A stretch of 64,000 bases of DNA from a virus. Below, one piece after another: positions 48,454-58,921 of the stretch. Location: IMG/VR virus record IMGVR_UViG_3300016665_000619, positions 1 through 64,000 of that record; one strand, 5' to 3'. A model generated the notes under the pieces. That model had not been told where the DNA came from. It made no database searches and saw nothing but the letters and a program-made list of their open reading frames with translations. Positions within the stretch are counted from its first letter, which is position 1; the number at the start of each line of letters is the position of its first letter. A program made the translations under genes and the position numbers.

Positions 48454-48762
48454 ATGGCAGACACGCTAGGTTCTATAATTGATAAGTTAATAACTGTTGA
48501 TATGAAAATGTGGAATAATCAAGAAATTTTATATGACATTCGAAGAATGACATTTGAAGAATACAAACAAAAATATTTTCACGATGAAAATGGTGCCGAT
48601 CTTTTGTGGCAAACATTAAAAAAAGCTTGTGATTTAAATGTGCAAAGAAATCAATTGATCAATGAGGTTGATGCAAAAATAATTGAAATGATCAAAACCG
48701 CAGTTAACAATGAAGATTTAGACAACGGAAAATATTTGCAAAGAGCTCACAAAACTTACTAA
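48454..48762 (+). CDS. DUF4254-like hypothetical protein
   Basis: TLGSIIDKL...K.W, LNVQRNQLINEVD; AGGAG RBS. Confidence 0.65.
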   Translation: MADTLGSIIDKLITVDMKMWNNQEILYDIRRMTFEEYKQKYFHDENGADLLWQTLKKACDLNVQRNQLINEVDAKIIEMIKTAVNNEDLDNGKYLQRAHKTY

Positions 48763-48770
48763 TATACTTT

Positions 48771-49520
48771 ATGATAATTGAACAAATTAATGCTGCTAAT
48801 CATGGACGTTTCTTTAAAGAAGGTTTAAAGAAAAGATGGGGATTTAAAGATTATACTGATCCTAATAAACCTTGTTTTTTTTGGGGAATTATAGGAGAAG
48901 AACATGTTATCAATTCTCACAAAGGATTAAAGATAGTTGCGCCAATAACCAGCTTAGACTGCGAACACGCATCCAATTTAACACCATCAGAAAATCTTTT
49001 TCTTTGGGATGATATATATCTTAAAGTTGGCTCTGAATATAAACGAAAGGCTGTAAGACCAGAAATAAAAGACTATTCATTGTTTCAGCCAAACGTATTG
49101 GGCGATAAAATTTATGCGTATATGAGAGATCCGCATGAGTTTAAACTTTCGACCATAAAAAGAATTCAAAAAAATATCAATTTCGAAATAGTAACTACAA
49201 ACCTTGTAAGTTATGAAATTGAAAATTATCTTCCTATTGAAACGTTGAAAGAGAAGTATTATGATAAATGCTTCTTGAGCATTAATCTATCTGGCAGAGT
49301 TGGTTTTACAACAATAACAGAACTGGCGTGGATGGGAAGAAAGACAATATGTAATGCCGAATATCCTCATTTCATTTCTACCATAAAATATAAAGACGAA
49401 GATGATATTATAAGAATTATCAATGAAGAAGCGAAAAAAATAGGCACAGTTCAGCCTTCTATCAGTTGTCATACAACTGGTGAAGAGTGGATTGAAGTTG
49501 ATTTTTGGTTAAATAAATGA
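48771..49520 (+). CDS. hypothetical, possibly GT-B-like
   Basis: YDKCFLSINL...GFTTITELAWMGRKTICN. Confidence 0.55.
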   Translation: MIIEQINAANHGRFFKEGLKKRWGFKDYTDPNKPCFFWGIIGEEHVINSHKGLKIVAPITSLDCEHASNLTPSENLFLWDDIYLKVGSEYKRKAVRPEIKDYSLFQPNVLGDKIYAYMRDPHEFKLSTIKRIQKNINFEIVTTNLVSYEIENYLPIETLKEKYYDKCFLSINLSGRVGFTTITELAWMGRKTICNAEYPHFISTIKYKDEDDIIRIINEEAKKIGTVQPSISCHTTGEEWIEVDFWLNK

Positions 49521-50269
49521 ACTATTACAGTAAAAAAGAATTTGATGACAAAGGCTATGTTGTAATAAACGACGTTTTGTCAAAAGAGGAAATTTCTTTA
49601 TATAAGAAAAAATTAGCATCGATTTTAGATACTCAGATAGCGGAATTTGGATCTGAAAAACTCAGTTTGATTAATGAAGAGTCTTCTGTTCGTTGTCCAC
49701 TCTTATATGACAATGAATTTTTATCATTGTTTTATAACACAACTATAGATAATATCGTAAATGACATATTAGGCAAGTATTATATAATGAGCTTGCAGAA
49801 TGCCATTATAATACCTCCAAAAAAATCACATCATCAGTCATTTTATCACAGAGATATTATTCATCAAGACTTTACTTCCTCAAAACCTTTGGCGGTTAAT
49901 ATATATTTTTGTTTAGACGAGTATTCTGAAGAGACAGGTGGTACCACCTTTATACCAGGTTCTCACAATATGGATGTTTTTCCTTCTGTATACAAAGAAG
50001 AAACTCCAGTAGTTGATTCTGGTTCTGTTATACTTTTCAACTCAATGATATATCACAAAGCAGGATCGAATAATGCAAACACGTATCGTTTCGGCATTAA
50101 TCATATGTTTACTTTACCATTTATAAAACAGCAAATTAATTTGCCATTGGCTTTAAAAGGAAAGTATAAAGATGTGCCGAATCTCAATAGAATATTAGGA
50201 TATATGACACGTGAATATGATGATGTATTAGACTTCAGAAATGAAAGATTGAGAAAGTTGGCAAAGTGA
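49517..50269 (+). CDS. phytanoyl-CoA dioxygenase family 2OG-Fe(II) oxygenase
   Basis: F...GYVVI, HRD, GGT.FIPGSH, GSV.LFN...YH.AG.N....R. Confidence 0.88.
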   Translation: MNYYSKKEFDDKGYVVINDVLSKEEISLYKKKLASILDTQIAEFGSEKLSLINEESSVRCPLLYDNEFLSLFYNTTIDNIVNDILGKYYIMSLQNAIIIPPKKSHHQSFYHRDIIHQDFTSSKPLAVNIYFCLDEYSEETGGTTFIPGSHNMDVFPSVYKEETPVVDSGSVILFNSMIYHKAGSNNANTYRFGINHMFTLPFIKQQINLPLALKGKYKDVPNLNRILGYMTREYDDVLDFRNERLRKLAK

Positions 50270-50955
50270 GTAAGGTAATAATAACTCAATCAAATTATAT
50301 TCCATGGAAAGGTTATTTTTCATACATGAGGAAAGCTACTCATTTTGTCGTGTATGATGACATGCAATATACAAAAAGAGATTGGAGAAATCGTAATAAG
50401 TTGATTACTCCACAAGGTATAAAATGGCTTAGTATTCCAATCGACGTTAAAGGGAAATTTAATCAAAAAATTAACGAGGCAAAGGTTGCTGATATCAATT
50501 GGGGAAGTGACCATTGGAATTTTATAGAAACAAATTATCGTAATGCTCCTTACTTTGAAAAGTATGTTGAAACATTCAAGCCTTTATATTTGAATCCTCC
50601 ATCTGAATATCTGTCAGATATCAATTTGGCATTTATAAAAGAAATATTGAAGCTTCTATCTATTGACATAAAAATCATTAAATCTTCCGAATTCAGATTG
50701 GTTGGCGACAAGACAGAAAAACTTGTTAACATATGTAAAGAACTTGGCGCTGTTGAATATTACACAGGTCCAGCCGCAAAAGAATATATGGATGAAGCTA
50801 AATTTATAGAAAACAATATTAAAGTTGAATATTATTCCTTAGAAGGGTATCCTATATACAAACAAACATATGGAGAATTTGATCACTACGTGAGCATATT
50901 AGATATGTTTTTTAATTTAGGCGATGAAACAAACAAGTATTTTAACAAGATATGA
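50266..50955 (+). CDS. wbqC: WbqC family protein
   Basis: QSNYIPWKGYF, YDDMQYTKRDWRNRN, Y.TGPAAK.Y, SILD..FN.G. Confidence 0.9.
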   Translation: MSKVIITQSNYIPWKGYFSYMRKATHFVVYDDMQYTKRDWRNRNKLITPQGIKWLSIPIDVKGKFNQKINEAKVADINWGSDHWNFIETNYRNAPYFEKYVETFKPLYLNPPSEYLSDINLAFIKEILKLLSIDIKIIKSSEFRLVGDKTEKLVNICKELGAVEYYTGPAAKEYMDEAKFIENNIKVEYYSLEGYPIYKQTYGEFDHYVSILDMFFNLGDETNKYFNKI

Positions 50956-51575
50956 ACAACATTCACAAAAAAGTGTCAGATTATTATACTGACAAAATTA
51001 ATAAACATGGTTCTGTGCCTTCTGGTGTTGATTGGAATGGAGTAGAGTCACAGCATCTAAGATTTAAGATGCTCTCGAACATTATAGATTATTCTGTAGA
51101 TTTTTCCATATTGGACTTTGGCTGTGGATACGGAGCATACCTGGACTATCTTAATAAAAATGCAAAAGCCCAGTTTCAATACTATGGTCTAGATATATCA
51201 GATGATATGTTGATACAAGCCAAAAAAAACTATGAAGGTTTGCAGTCAAATGCAACATGGATAAAAGAAATACCACTAGATTTTGCTGTAGATTATACCA
51301 TATCTTCTGGAATATTCAACGTCAAGTTGGATGAACCGATTGAAACTTGGGAAGCTTATTGCTTGGAAACCTTGAATAAAATTAATGCGGTCAGCAAAAA
51401 GGGTTTTTCATTCAATATGTTAACTTCTTATTCAGATGCAGAATATATGAAAAAGTATTTGTATTATGCAATACCTGAAAAAATATTTGGACATTGCATG
51501 AATACGTATTCTAAAAAAGTATGTTTGGATCACAGTTATCCATTGTATGAATTCAGCATTATGGTCAAAAAATGA
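50952..51575 (+). CDS. class I SAM-dependent methyltransferase
   Basis: GVDWN...Q..RF, ILDFGCGYG, SGIFN, FNMLT. Confidence 0.88.
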   Translation: MNNIHKKVSDYYTDKINKHGSVPSGVDWNGVESQHLRFKMLSNIIDYSVDFSILDFGCGYGAYLDYLNKNAKAQFQYYGLDISDDMLIQAKKNYEGLQSNATWIKEIPLDFAVDYTISSGIFNVKLDEPIETWEAYCLETLNKINAVSKKGFSFNMLTSYSDAEYMKKYLYYAIPEKIFGHCMNTYSKKVCLDHSYPLYEFSIMVKK

Positions 51576-52234
51576 AAAAGCTATTGATATTTGGAAAAGG
51601 TCTTTTTGCCGAGATAGTTCATCAATATTTTACAGATGCAGGAGAATATGATATTGCTGCATATGTGTTAGATGATGAGTTTGTGGGAAATGAAAATACG
51701 TATTTGGACCGTCCTTTAATTAAGTTTTCAGACGTTACAACTTTATATCCTCCAAATCAATACAACATGTTTATAGCTATCAGCTATACAAATATGAACA
51801 AATTAAGAGAGAGAATATATACGGCTGCAAAAGCTAAAGGATACAAGTTAATATCATACATTAGTCCAGAAGCTACAATTAAAACAAAGATTCCAATTGG
51901 AGACAATTGTTTTATTTTTGAAGACAACACTATACAACCATTTGTATCAATCGGAAATAACGTGATATTGTGGAGTGGAAACCATATTGGTCATCATTCA
52001 ACTATAAAAGATCATAATTTTATTAGCTCGCACGTGGTAGTTTCTGGTCAATGCACCATAGAATCAAATTGTTTTTTAGGAGTTAATTCAACTTTAGCGC
52101 ATGGAGTTAAAGTCGCAAAAGAAACTTTAATAGGCGCTGGATGCTCAATAACAAAAGATACAGATGAACGAGGAGTATACGTTCCTGCCAAAAGTGTTAA
52201 AATAGAAAAAACTAGCGACCAAATAAAACTATGA
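51572..52234 (+). CDS. hexapeptide-repeat sugar acyltransferase
   Basis: IGDNCFIFEDNTIQPF, WSGNHIGHH. Confidence 0.9.
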   Translation: MKKLLIFGKGLFAEIVHQYFTDAGEYDIAAYVLDDEFVGNENTYLDRPLIKFSDVTTLYPPNQYNMFIAISYTNMNKLRERIYTAAKAKGYKLISYISPEATIKTKIPIGDNCFIFEDNTIQPFVSIGNNVILWSGNHIGHHSTIKDHNFISSHVVVSGQCTIESNCFLGVNSTLAHGVKVAKETLIGAGCSITKDTDERGVYVPAKSVKIEKTSDQIKL

Positions 52235-53112
52235 AGTGGATAAAGTTGGGTCGTTTATATCAAGTTGAAAATGATAATCCACATCTGGTTACTCATGCAG
52301 CTAATCCATTGCCTAAACACTTACATGACGATACATATAGAGTCTATTACAATGGTAGAGACGTTAACAACAGATCATCTGTGTCTTATGTTGATATCGA
52401 TATCGTAAAACGTACGCTTGTATTGGACTATAAAAAACCTATACTAATACCAAAACCAAATAGTTTTTATTCGCATGGCATAAGCATTGGAAACATTTGG
52501 AATATTAAACAATGCACCTACATGAATTTTATGGGGTGGAATTGTCCGGACAATAAGCATTGGTATGGTGAAATTGGATATTGTCAGTTACATTCTGAAC
52601 ACGTAAAATATCCTAAACTTTTATTAGGATTAAATACGGAAGATAGTATTAGTTTGTCATATCCACATATCATGTTCGATGATGGTATATATAAAATGTG
52701 GTATGGTTCAACGATTAGTTGGACATCTGAAAACAATGAAATGATTCACGTTATCAAATATGCATCATCTGTTGATGGAATTAATTGGATATCTCATGGC
52801 GTTTCAATACCATATGAACTAGGTAAAGCGCAGGCTTTTTCTAGACCAACAGTTATAAAAATCGATGGCATATATCATATGTGGTATTCGTATCGCAAAG
52901 GGGATGGTTCTTTATATGATATAGGCTATTCTAAGAGCACGGATGGTATTACATGGTCTTTCCCAGAAAGCAATATTGAATATTCGTCAGATGACTGGGA
53001 TTCAGAGATGATGTGTTATCCTCATGTTTTTAAACATGAGGATAAAATCTATATGTTATACAATGGAAATGGTTTTGGAAAGACTGGATTTGGAATAGCC
53101 ATTTTAAGGTGA
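52231..53112 (+). CDS. five-bladed beta-propeller glycosidase-like protein
   Basis: THAANP, YKMWY, YA.S.DGI.W, YHMWYS, YNGNGFGKTGFG. Confidence 0.8.
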   Translation: MKWIKLGRLYQVENDNPHLVTHAANPLPKHLHDDTYRVYYNGRDVNNRSSVSYVDIDIVKRTLVLDYKKPILIPKPNSFYSHGISIGNIWNIKQCTYMNFMGWNCPDNKHWYGEIGYCQLHSEHVKYPKLLLGLNTEDSISLSYPHIMFDDGIYKMWYGSTISWTSENNEMIHVIKYASSVDGINWISHGVSIPYELGKAQAFSRPTVIKIDGIYHMWYSYRKGDGSLYDIGYSKSTDGITWSFPESNIEYSSDDWDSEMMCYPHVFKHEDKIYMLYNGNGFGKTGFGIAILR

Positions 53113-53810
53113 ACATGCATAGAAAAGATATTATTGGGGACATTATTAAAAAGTATAACTACCAATCTTACTTGGAATTGGGGCTACTTGATCCTTCATA
53201 TGTTTTTAACCATATACCTTGCAAGTTGAAACATTCAGTTGATATTAATGTTCAATTTGCAACTTTCAATATGTCCACTGACAAATTTTTCTATGATTTG
53301 AAATCTGGCACACTAAGTTTGCCTAAAGATAATAAGTGGGATGCAATCTTCATCGATGCAAATCATTTAGCAAATTTTGTAAAAAGAGATTTGTTAAACG
53401 CTTTAGAATGTTTGTCGGATCATGGCACTATATTTCTTCACGACACATTACCGCCAGATTACAATTCTCAACTTGAAGATAGAATATGTCAAACTGCTTG
53501 GAAGATAATACCATATGCTTTAAAGCATTTGCCACAAATTCATGTATGTTCTGTTTCTGAAGATGGTGGTGGACTAGGAATCGTTAGGAAGAATAAAGAA
53601 AATGACAGAAACGTTTTGCCACATTCCTATAACGAATTTTATGAATATTATCTTATGAACAGCAATAGACAGATATCTCAAAACTTCATAGAACATTCGC
53701 AATTAAATTCATGGTTAGAAAATCCATTTTATAACTTTGAAAAACTAAATTGTCAAACTGATTTTGATATTTTTAACGATCCTTCAAAAGTCCAATTTGT
53801 TTGGAAGTGA
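53109..53810 (+). CDS. class I SAM-dependent methyltransferase (Methyltransf_24-like)
   Basis: YLELG, D.IFIDANH, G.I.LHD..P. Confidence 0.8.
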   Translation: MNMHRKDIIGDIIKKYNYQSYLELGLLDPSYVFNHIPCKLKHSVDINVQFATFNMSTDKFFYDLKSGTLSLPKDNKWDAIFIDANHLANFVKRDLLNALECLSDHGTIFLHDTLPPDYNSQLEDRICQTAWKIIPYALKHLPQIHVCSVSEDGGGLGIVRKNKENDRNVLPHSYNEFYEYYLMNSNRQISQNFIEHSQLNSWLENPFYNFEKLNCQTDFDIFNDPSKVQFVWK

Positions 53811-53813
53811 CAT

Positions 53814-54449
53814 ATGCCTATAAAAAAACATAATCCATATAAAATTGTTCAAATGTTTGAGGAAGAGATAGCAGAGTATACAGGAGCTCCATATGCAGTT
53901 TCTGTAGACAGTTGCACAAATGCACTATTTCTTTGTTGCACCTATCTTAAGGTTAAAGAAGTTACCATTCCTTCAAAAACGTATTTATCTGTTCCAATGA
54001 GCATTATTCATTCTGGCGCCCAGGTTATTTTTGATAAAAGAACAGAAACTAACAATTGGTGTGGAACATATCAGCTTAAGCCTTATCCAATATATGATGC
54101 CGCAAAAAGACTAACAACAAACATGTATATTCCAAATAGCTATATGTGTCTTTCTTTTCATATTAAGAAACATTTAGGCATTGGAAAAGGAGGCATGATT
54201 TTGACCGACAACAAAGAAGCTGTAGAATGGTTTAAGAAAGCCAGATATGAAGGTCGAAGCGAAAAGTATTATCGTGAAGACAATATATCTTCACTAGGCT
54301 GGAACATGTACATGACGCCACAAGAAGCAGCTCAAGGTCTATGTTTATTACAAAACTATCCTTTGCATAACAAAGATTTGGATGAAACAAATGGCTATAG
54401 AGATTTGACAGAATTTGAGATTTTTAAAACTAATAAAATTATAGAATGA
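53814..54449 (+). CDS. short DegT/DnrJ/EryC1/StrS aminotransferase
   Basis: FEEEIAEYTG, DSCTNAL, YDAA, SFH.KKHL..GKGG, GWNMYM. Confidence 0.85.
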   Translation: MPIKKHNPYKIVQMFEEEIAEYTGAPYAVSVDSCTNALFLCCTYLKVKEVTIPSKTYLSVPMSIIHSGAQVIFDKRTETNNWCGTYQLKPYPIYDAAKRLTTNMYIPNSYMCLSFHIKKHLGIGKGGMILTDNKEAVEWFKKARYEGRSEKYYREDNISSLGWNMYMTPQEAAQGLCLLQNYPLHNKDLDETNGYRDLTEFEIFKTNKIIE

Positions 54450-55558
54450 ATATGATACCGGTATATAAACCTTATGTGGCGCCAAATACAAAGTCGTATT
54501 TGTCATCTGTTGTTGATGCCAATTGGTATTCTTCTGGCGGATACTATTATGAAGCAGCAAAAAATAAATTGCAGGAACTGCTAAATGTTAAACATATACT
54601 TTTGACAAACAATGGAACTTCCGCCACTCATTTACTAGCAAAAATTTTAACATATAAAAAGCCTATAAAAAAAATAATATGTCAAAATGGGGCATATGTA
54701 GCAGCTTGGAATTCTTTCTTGTTTGACAACAAGTATTCTTTAGAAGTATGTGATTTAAATTTAGAAACCTGGAATTACGACCGTGAAGAATTGAATAAAG
54801 TTCTTGCGAATGAAAATCCTGAAAATGTTGCATTGCTAGTTGTTCACAATATTGGAAATCCTTTTGAGTATAATGATAAAAGATTTTTAGTTGTTGAGGA
54901 TAACTGTGAAGGGTTTTTAGGAACATATAATGTAAACAAAAAAACCGGCACTAATTGTTTGGCATCTTCAGTTTCTTTTTTTGCAAACAAAAACATAACT
55001 TGTGGCGAGGGCGGAGCAGTAGTAACAAATGATGATGACTCCTACGAGTTTATAAACACAGTTCATGGACAAGGACAATCGGCGAAACGTTTCATTCATT
55101 CCCATCTTGGATACAACTATCGTATGACAAATGTTGCTGCTGCAATTTTGTTAAGTCAACTAGAAGTAGTTGATGAAATATTGGATAAAAAGCAACAACT
55201 ATTTAATTTCTACAGAAAAGAACTGAACGATATCGAAAGTGTTTCTGTTCAACGTGTTGAAAATACATGTGAACATTCAAATTGGATGTTTGGAATAAGA
55301 ATTCAAAACTCTGAATATGATAAAGCACAACATTATTTTAATCAAAATGGAATTGAGATAAGACCAATGTTTTATCCTATGTCTGATCAGCCATATATTA
55401 AATCTTTTATTGAATCAAATGTTGTAAACATTCGTAGTGAAAAAAATGCAAAGCTTCTTAACAAAGAAGCAATTGTAATACCTAGTTTCCCAGACATAAC
55501 AACGTCTGAACGTAATCACGTTATTAATGTTATTAAAAACTATGTGAGTTTATTATGA
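54446..55558 (+). CDS. DegT-family aminotransferase, GDP-perosamine synthase-like
   Basis: NNGTSA.H, EDNCE, SFFANKNITCGEGG, GYNYRMTN; next to gmd/fcl. Confidence 0.85.
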   Translation: MNMIPVYKPYVAPNTKSYLSSVVDANWYSSGGYYYEAAKNKLQELLNVKHILLTNNGTSATHLLAKILTYKKPIKKIICQNGAYVAAWNSFLFDNKYSLEVCDLNLETWNYDREELNKVLANENPENVALLVVHNIGNPFEYNDKRFLVVEDNCEGFLGTYNVNKKTGTNCLASSVSFFANKNITCGEGGAVVTNDDDSYEFINTVHGQGQSAKRFIHSHLGYNYRMTNVAAAILLSQLEVVDEILDKKQQLFNFYRKELNDIESVSVQRVENTCEHSNWMFGIRIQNSEYDKAQHYFNQNGIEIRPMFYPMSDQPYIKSFIESNVVNIRSEKNAKLLNKEAIVIPSFPDITTSERNHVINVIKNYVSLL

Positions 55559-56529
55559 CTTATCTTGTTACAGGAGCACACGGTCTATTAGGAAAAGCTC
55601 TAACAGAACAAATCCATTTGGCAAACAAGAAATGTGTAGCGCCAAAAATAGACGAACTAAATTTATTTAATCAACGAGAAGTTGAAAACTATATAAGCAA
55701 ATTTGAATGCGCAGATGGTCAAGGATTATATAGCAAGATATCTTGTGCTTTTCATCTTGCTGCAAAAGTAGGGGGAGTTAAATCAAATTCTAGTTATCTT
55801 GGTGCGTTTTATCATGATAACATTATAATAAACACAAATTTCCTAGAGCAATGTGTGAAGTATAGTATACCCAAAGTAGTCTCTGTTCTTTCTACTTGCG
55901 TATATCCTGATGCCCCATATGTTCATTATCCTCTTACTGAAGAACAATTGCACATGGGACCACCACATGATAGCAACTTTGGATATGCATATGCCAAAAG
56001 AATGTTAGACGTTCAAACACGTGCATATCGTAAACAATATGGCGTCAATTACATAACAGTTATTCCTAATAATTTATTTGGAGAACATGATAACTTTCAT
56101 TTAGAAGATAGTCACGTAATTCCAGCTCTTATGAGAAAAATATGGGAAGCAAAACTTAGTAATAGTCCCACAGTTGAAATATGGGGCGACGGCAGTCCAC
56201 TAAGAGAGTTTACTTACTCTGGTGACATTGCTCGCATATTGCTAAAAGTATCTGAAGAATATAATGAAGAAATGCCACTCAATGTTGGTAATACAGAAGA
56301 ACATTCCATATCTTCAGTAGCAAATAAGCTCGTTGAATATCTAGAATATGATGGTAAGTTAGTTTTCAATATCAATAAACCATCAGGGCAATTTAGAAAA
56401 CCATCTTCAAACAAAAGATTGTTAGAAAAAACAAGTTGGAAGGTAGAAGACTATACTCCATTTGATGTTGCTTTGAAAAAAACCTGTGAATGGTTTAAAG
56501 TAACATATCCAAATGTAAGAGGAGTATAA
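55555..56529 (+). CDS. fcl: GDP-L-fucose synthase (epimerase/reductase)
   Basis: [45 protein letters not shown]. Confidence 0.9.
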   Translation: MTYLVTGAHGLLGKALTEQIHLANKKCVAPKIDELNLFNQREVENYISKFECADGQGLYSKISCAFHLAAKVGGVKSNSSYLGAFYHDNIIINTNFLEQCVKYSIPKVVSVLSTCVYPDAPYVHYPLTEEQLHMGPPHDSNFGYAYAKRMLDVQTRAYRKQYGVNYITVIPNNLFGEHDNFHLEDSHVIPALMRKIWEAKLSNSPTVEIWGDGSPLREFTYSGDIARILLKVSEEYNEEMPLNVGNTEEHSISSVANKLVEYLEYDGKLVFNINKPSGQFRKPSSNKRLLEKTSWKVEDYTPFDVALKKTCEWFKVTYPNVRGV

Positions 56530-57512
56530 TGTCAAAACAAAAGACTGCGTTCATTACTGGCGTTACTGGTCAGGATGGTTCTTATTTAGCTAAATTTCTT
56601 TTAGATAAAGGTTATCGTGTTATAGGTATGAAGCGCAGGACTTCTCTTATAACCACAGATAGATTAGACGATATAGAAATCTTTAATCATCCAAACTTCA
56701 AACTTGAATATGGGAATATGACGGATTCAAGTTCTGTCTATCATCTTCTTACAAAATATAAGCCCGACGAGATATATAATCTTGCAGCACAGAGCCATGT
56801 TAGGGTTTCTTTTGAGGTTCCAGAAGAAACCTTGGACGTAGTAGGTGGTGGCACTTTGAAGCTTTTAGAGGCTTATAGGCTAATCTGTCCTCATGCTCGT
56901 TTCTATCAAGCATCATCTTCAGAGATGTATGGAGATAATGTTAATGTGCCGCAGAACGAAGAGACACGTATGACGCCAGCTTCGCCGTATGCTGCTGCAA
57001 AGTTATATGCACATAATCTTTGCCGTAACTATCGTGAAGGTTATGGACTTCATATATCATCTGGTATATTGTTTAATCATGAAAGTCCAGTAAGAGGCGA
57101 AACGTTTGTTACACGTAAGATTACTCTTGCGGCAGCAAATATAAAACTTGGAAAACAGGATACTTTATATCTTGGTAATCTAGAAGCAAAGAGAGACTGG
57201 GGATTTGCCGGAGATTACGTAGAAGCTATGTGGATGATGCTTCAGCAACCAAAGGGCGATGATTATGTTATTGCAACTGGCGAGACTCATACCGTAGAAG
57301 AATTCTTACATGTTGTATTTGAGCACGCCGGATTAGATGTTAACAAACATGTGAAGATTGATTCAAGATTGTTTAGACCACATGAAGTTCCTATATTGCT
57401 TGGAGACAGTTCTAAAGCTCAAAGAGTTTTAGGCTGGAAACCAAAGACAACATTTCGTGGTTTAGCTGAAATGATGTATGAGGCAGATTATCATAGAGCT
57501 CTTAATCTTTGA
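56529..57512 (+). CDS. gmd: GDP-mannose 4,6-dehydratase
   Basis: [50 protein letters not shown]. Confidence 0.97.
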   Translation: MSKQKTAFITGVTGQDGSYLAKFLLDKGYRVIGMKRRTSLITTDRLDDIEIFNHPNFKLEYGNMTDSSSVYHLLTKYKPDEIYNLAAQSHVRVSFEVPEETLDVVGGGTLKLLEAYRLICPHARFYQASSSEMYGDNVNVPQNEETRMTPASPYAAAKLYAHNLCRNYREGYGLHISSGILFNHESPVRGETFVTRKITLAAANIKLGKQDTLYLGNLEAKRDWGFAGDYVEAMWMMLQQPKGDDYVIATGETHTVEEFLHVVFEHAGLDVNKHVKIDSRLFRPHEVPILLGDSSKAQRVLGWKPKTTFRGLAEMMYEADYHRALNL

Positions 57513-57575
57513 TATTCTAGTTCTAAACATATCTCAACATATTAGCGAAAATATCAACATCACTAGGAGATAGTA

Positions 57576-58907
57576 ATGTCAGAAGAGAACACATTTCTCA
57601 CAGCTTTTAATTTTAAAAAGAAGTATAAGGTAATCACGCTTTCAGATCATCCACTTGCACCATCAGGTGTTGGAGTTCAAGCACGCTTTCTTATTGATGG
57701 TCTAATCAAGACCGGACAATGGTCATTCCGCTGCTTAGGCGGCGCAATGAAGCACGCAAAGTATGATACGATAGCTGTTAACCCTGACTTCATTGTAAAG
57801 CCTGTAGACGGCTTTGGAAGCAAGGAACTAATACGTCAACTTCTTATCGCAGAACAGCCAGATGCTATCTTCTTGTTTACAGATCCACGTCAGTTTACCT
57901 GGCTTTGGGAAATGGAAGATGAGATTCATCAAGTATGTCCAATAGTCTATTGGCACGTTTGGGATAATGATCCATATCCAGCATTCAACTTCCCATGGTA
58001 TGAAAGCACTGATCTTATTAACTGTCTTTCGTATAAGACTTTTGAGTTGGTGAAGCCACATTTCCCAGAGAAGACAAATTATATTCCTCACACATTCCCA
58101 AAGCAGGTATACAACCAGCTTCCAGACGAACAAATAAAGCAGCTCAAACAACAAAACTTTGGTCCAAAGGCTGATTGGTTTAAAGCTCTTTGGGTTAATC
58201 GCAACGCTACACGTAAGATGCCAAACGATGTTCTCTTCTCTTGGAAGACATTCCTTGATGATCTTGAAAAGAAGGAAGGACACCGTAATGCAGTTCTAAT
58301 CATGCATACAGATCCAAATGACATGGAAGGACCAAACCTTCTTGCTGTATCTGATATGCTTGGATTAAATGAAAACGTTTGGTTCTCAAATGATCGTCTT
58401 CAGTTTGAGCAAATGAATGTCATGCATAATCTTGCTGATGTAACTGTGAATATTTCAAAGAACGAAGGATTTGGTCTTTCAACTCTTATTTCATTACAAG
58501 TTGGTAAGCCAATCATCGCTCTTAAGACCGGCGGCGAAACACGTCAGGTAGAAGATTATCGTAATGGCTATCAGTATGGCGTAGCTATTGAACCAGTAAA
58601 ACGTTCTCTTGTCGGGTCACAAATGGTTCCATATATCTTTGAGGATTATTGCACAGAACGTCAGTTAGCAGATGCTTTCATGGAGATTTACAGTTGGAGT
58701 CCAGAGAAGAAAGCAGAGTTCCGTGAAAAGGCAGCCGAATACCTTGAGCATGAATTCAAATATGAAAATATGATTCAACAATGGCATGAAACCATGTTAA
58801 AGTGTGTAGAAGACTTCAAGGCAAAGAAAGAATCAGGACAGCTTAAGAGATGGAAGTTACAAGGTGTCAATCCTGCTCCTGCCAATAAGTTAATCAATAT
58901 TAAGTGA
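57576..58907 (+). CDS. GT4-like glycosyltransferase
   Basis: SGVG, NRN..RK, NEGFGLS.L.S...GKPII. Confidence 0.85.
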   Translation: MSEENTFLTAFNFKKKYKVITLSDHPLAPSGVGVQARFLIDGLIKTGQWSFRCLGGAMKHAKYDTIAVNPDFIVKPVDGFGSKELIRQLLIAEQPDAIFLFTDPRQFTWLWEMEDEIHQVCPIVYWHVWDNDPYPAFNFPWYESTDLINCLSYKTFELVKPHFPEKTNYIPHTFPKQVYNQLPDEQIKQLKQQNFGPKADWFKALWVNRNATRKMPNDVLFSWKTFLDDLEKKEGHRNAVLIMHTDPNDMEGPNLLAVSDMLGLNENVWFSNDRLQFEQMNVMHNLADVTVNISKNEGFGLSTLISLQVGKPIIALKTGGETRQVEDYRNGYQYGVAIEPVKRSLVGSQMVPYIFEDYCTERQLADAFMEIYSWSPEKKAEFREKAAEYLEHEFKYENMIQQWHETMLKCVEDFKAKKESGQLKRWKLQGVNPAPANKLINIK

Positions 58908-58921
58908 TAAGGGAAATAGTA

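Noticed and set aside
53814-54449. Pseudogene call for the short DegT (and likewise the short UDP-glucose dehydrogenase)
   Set aside because: Catalytic motifs are intact, with clean starts/stops and no remnant in other frames
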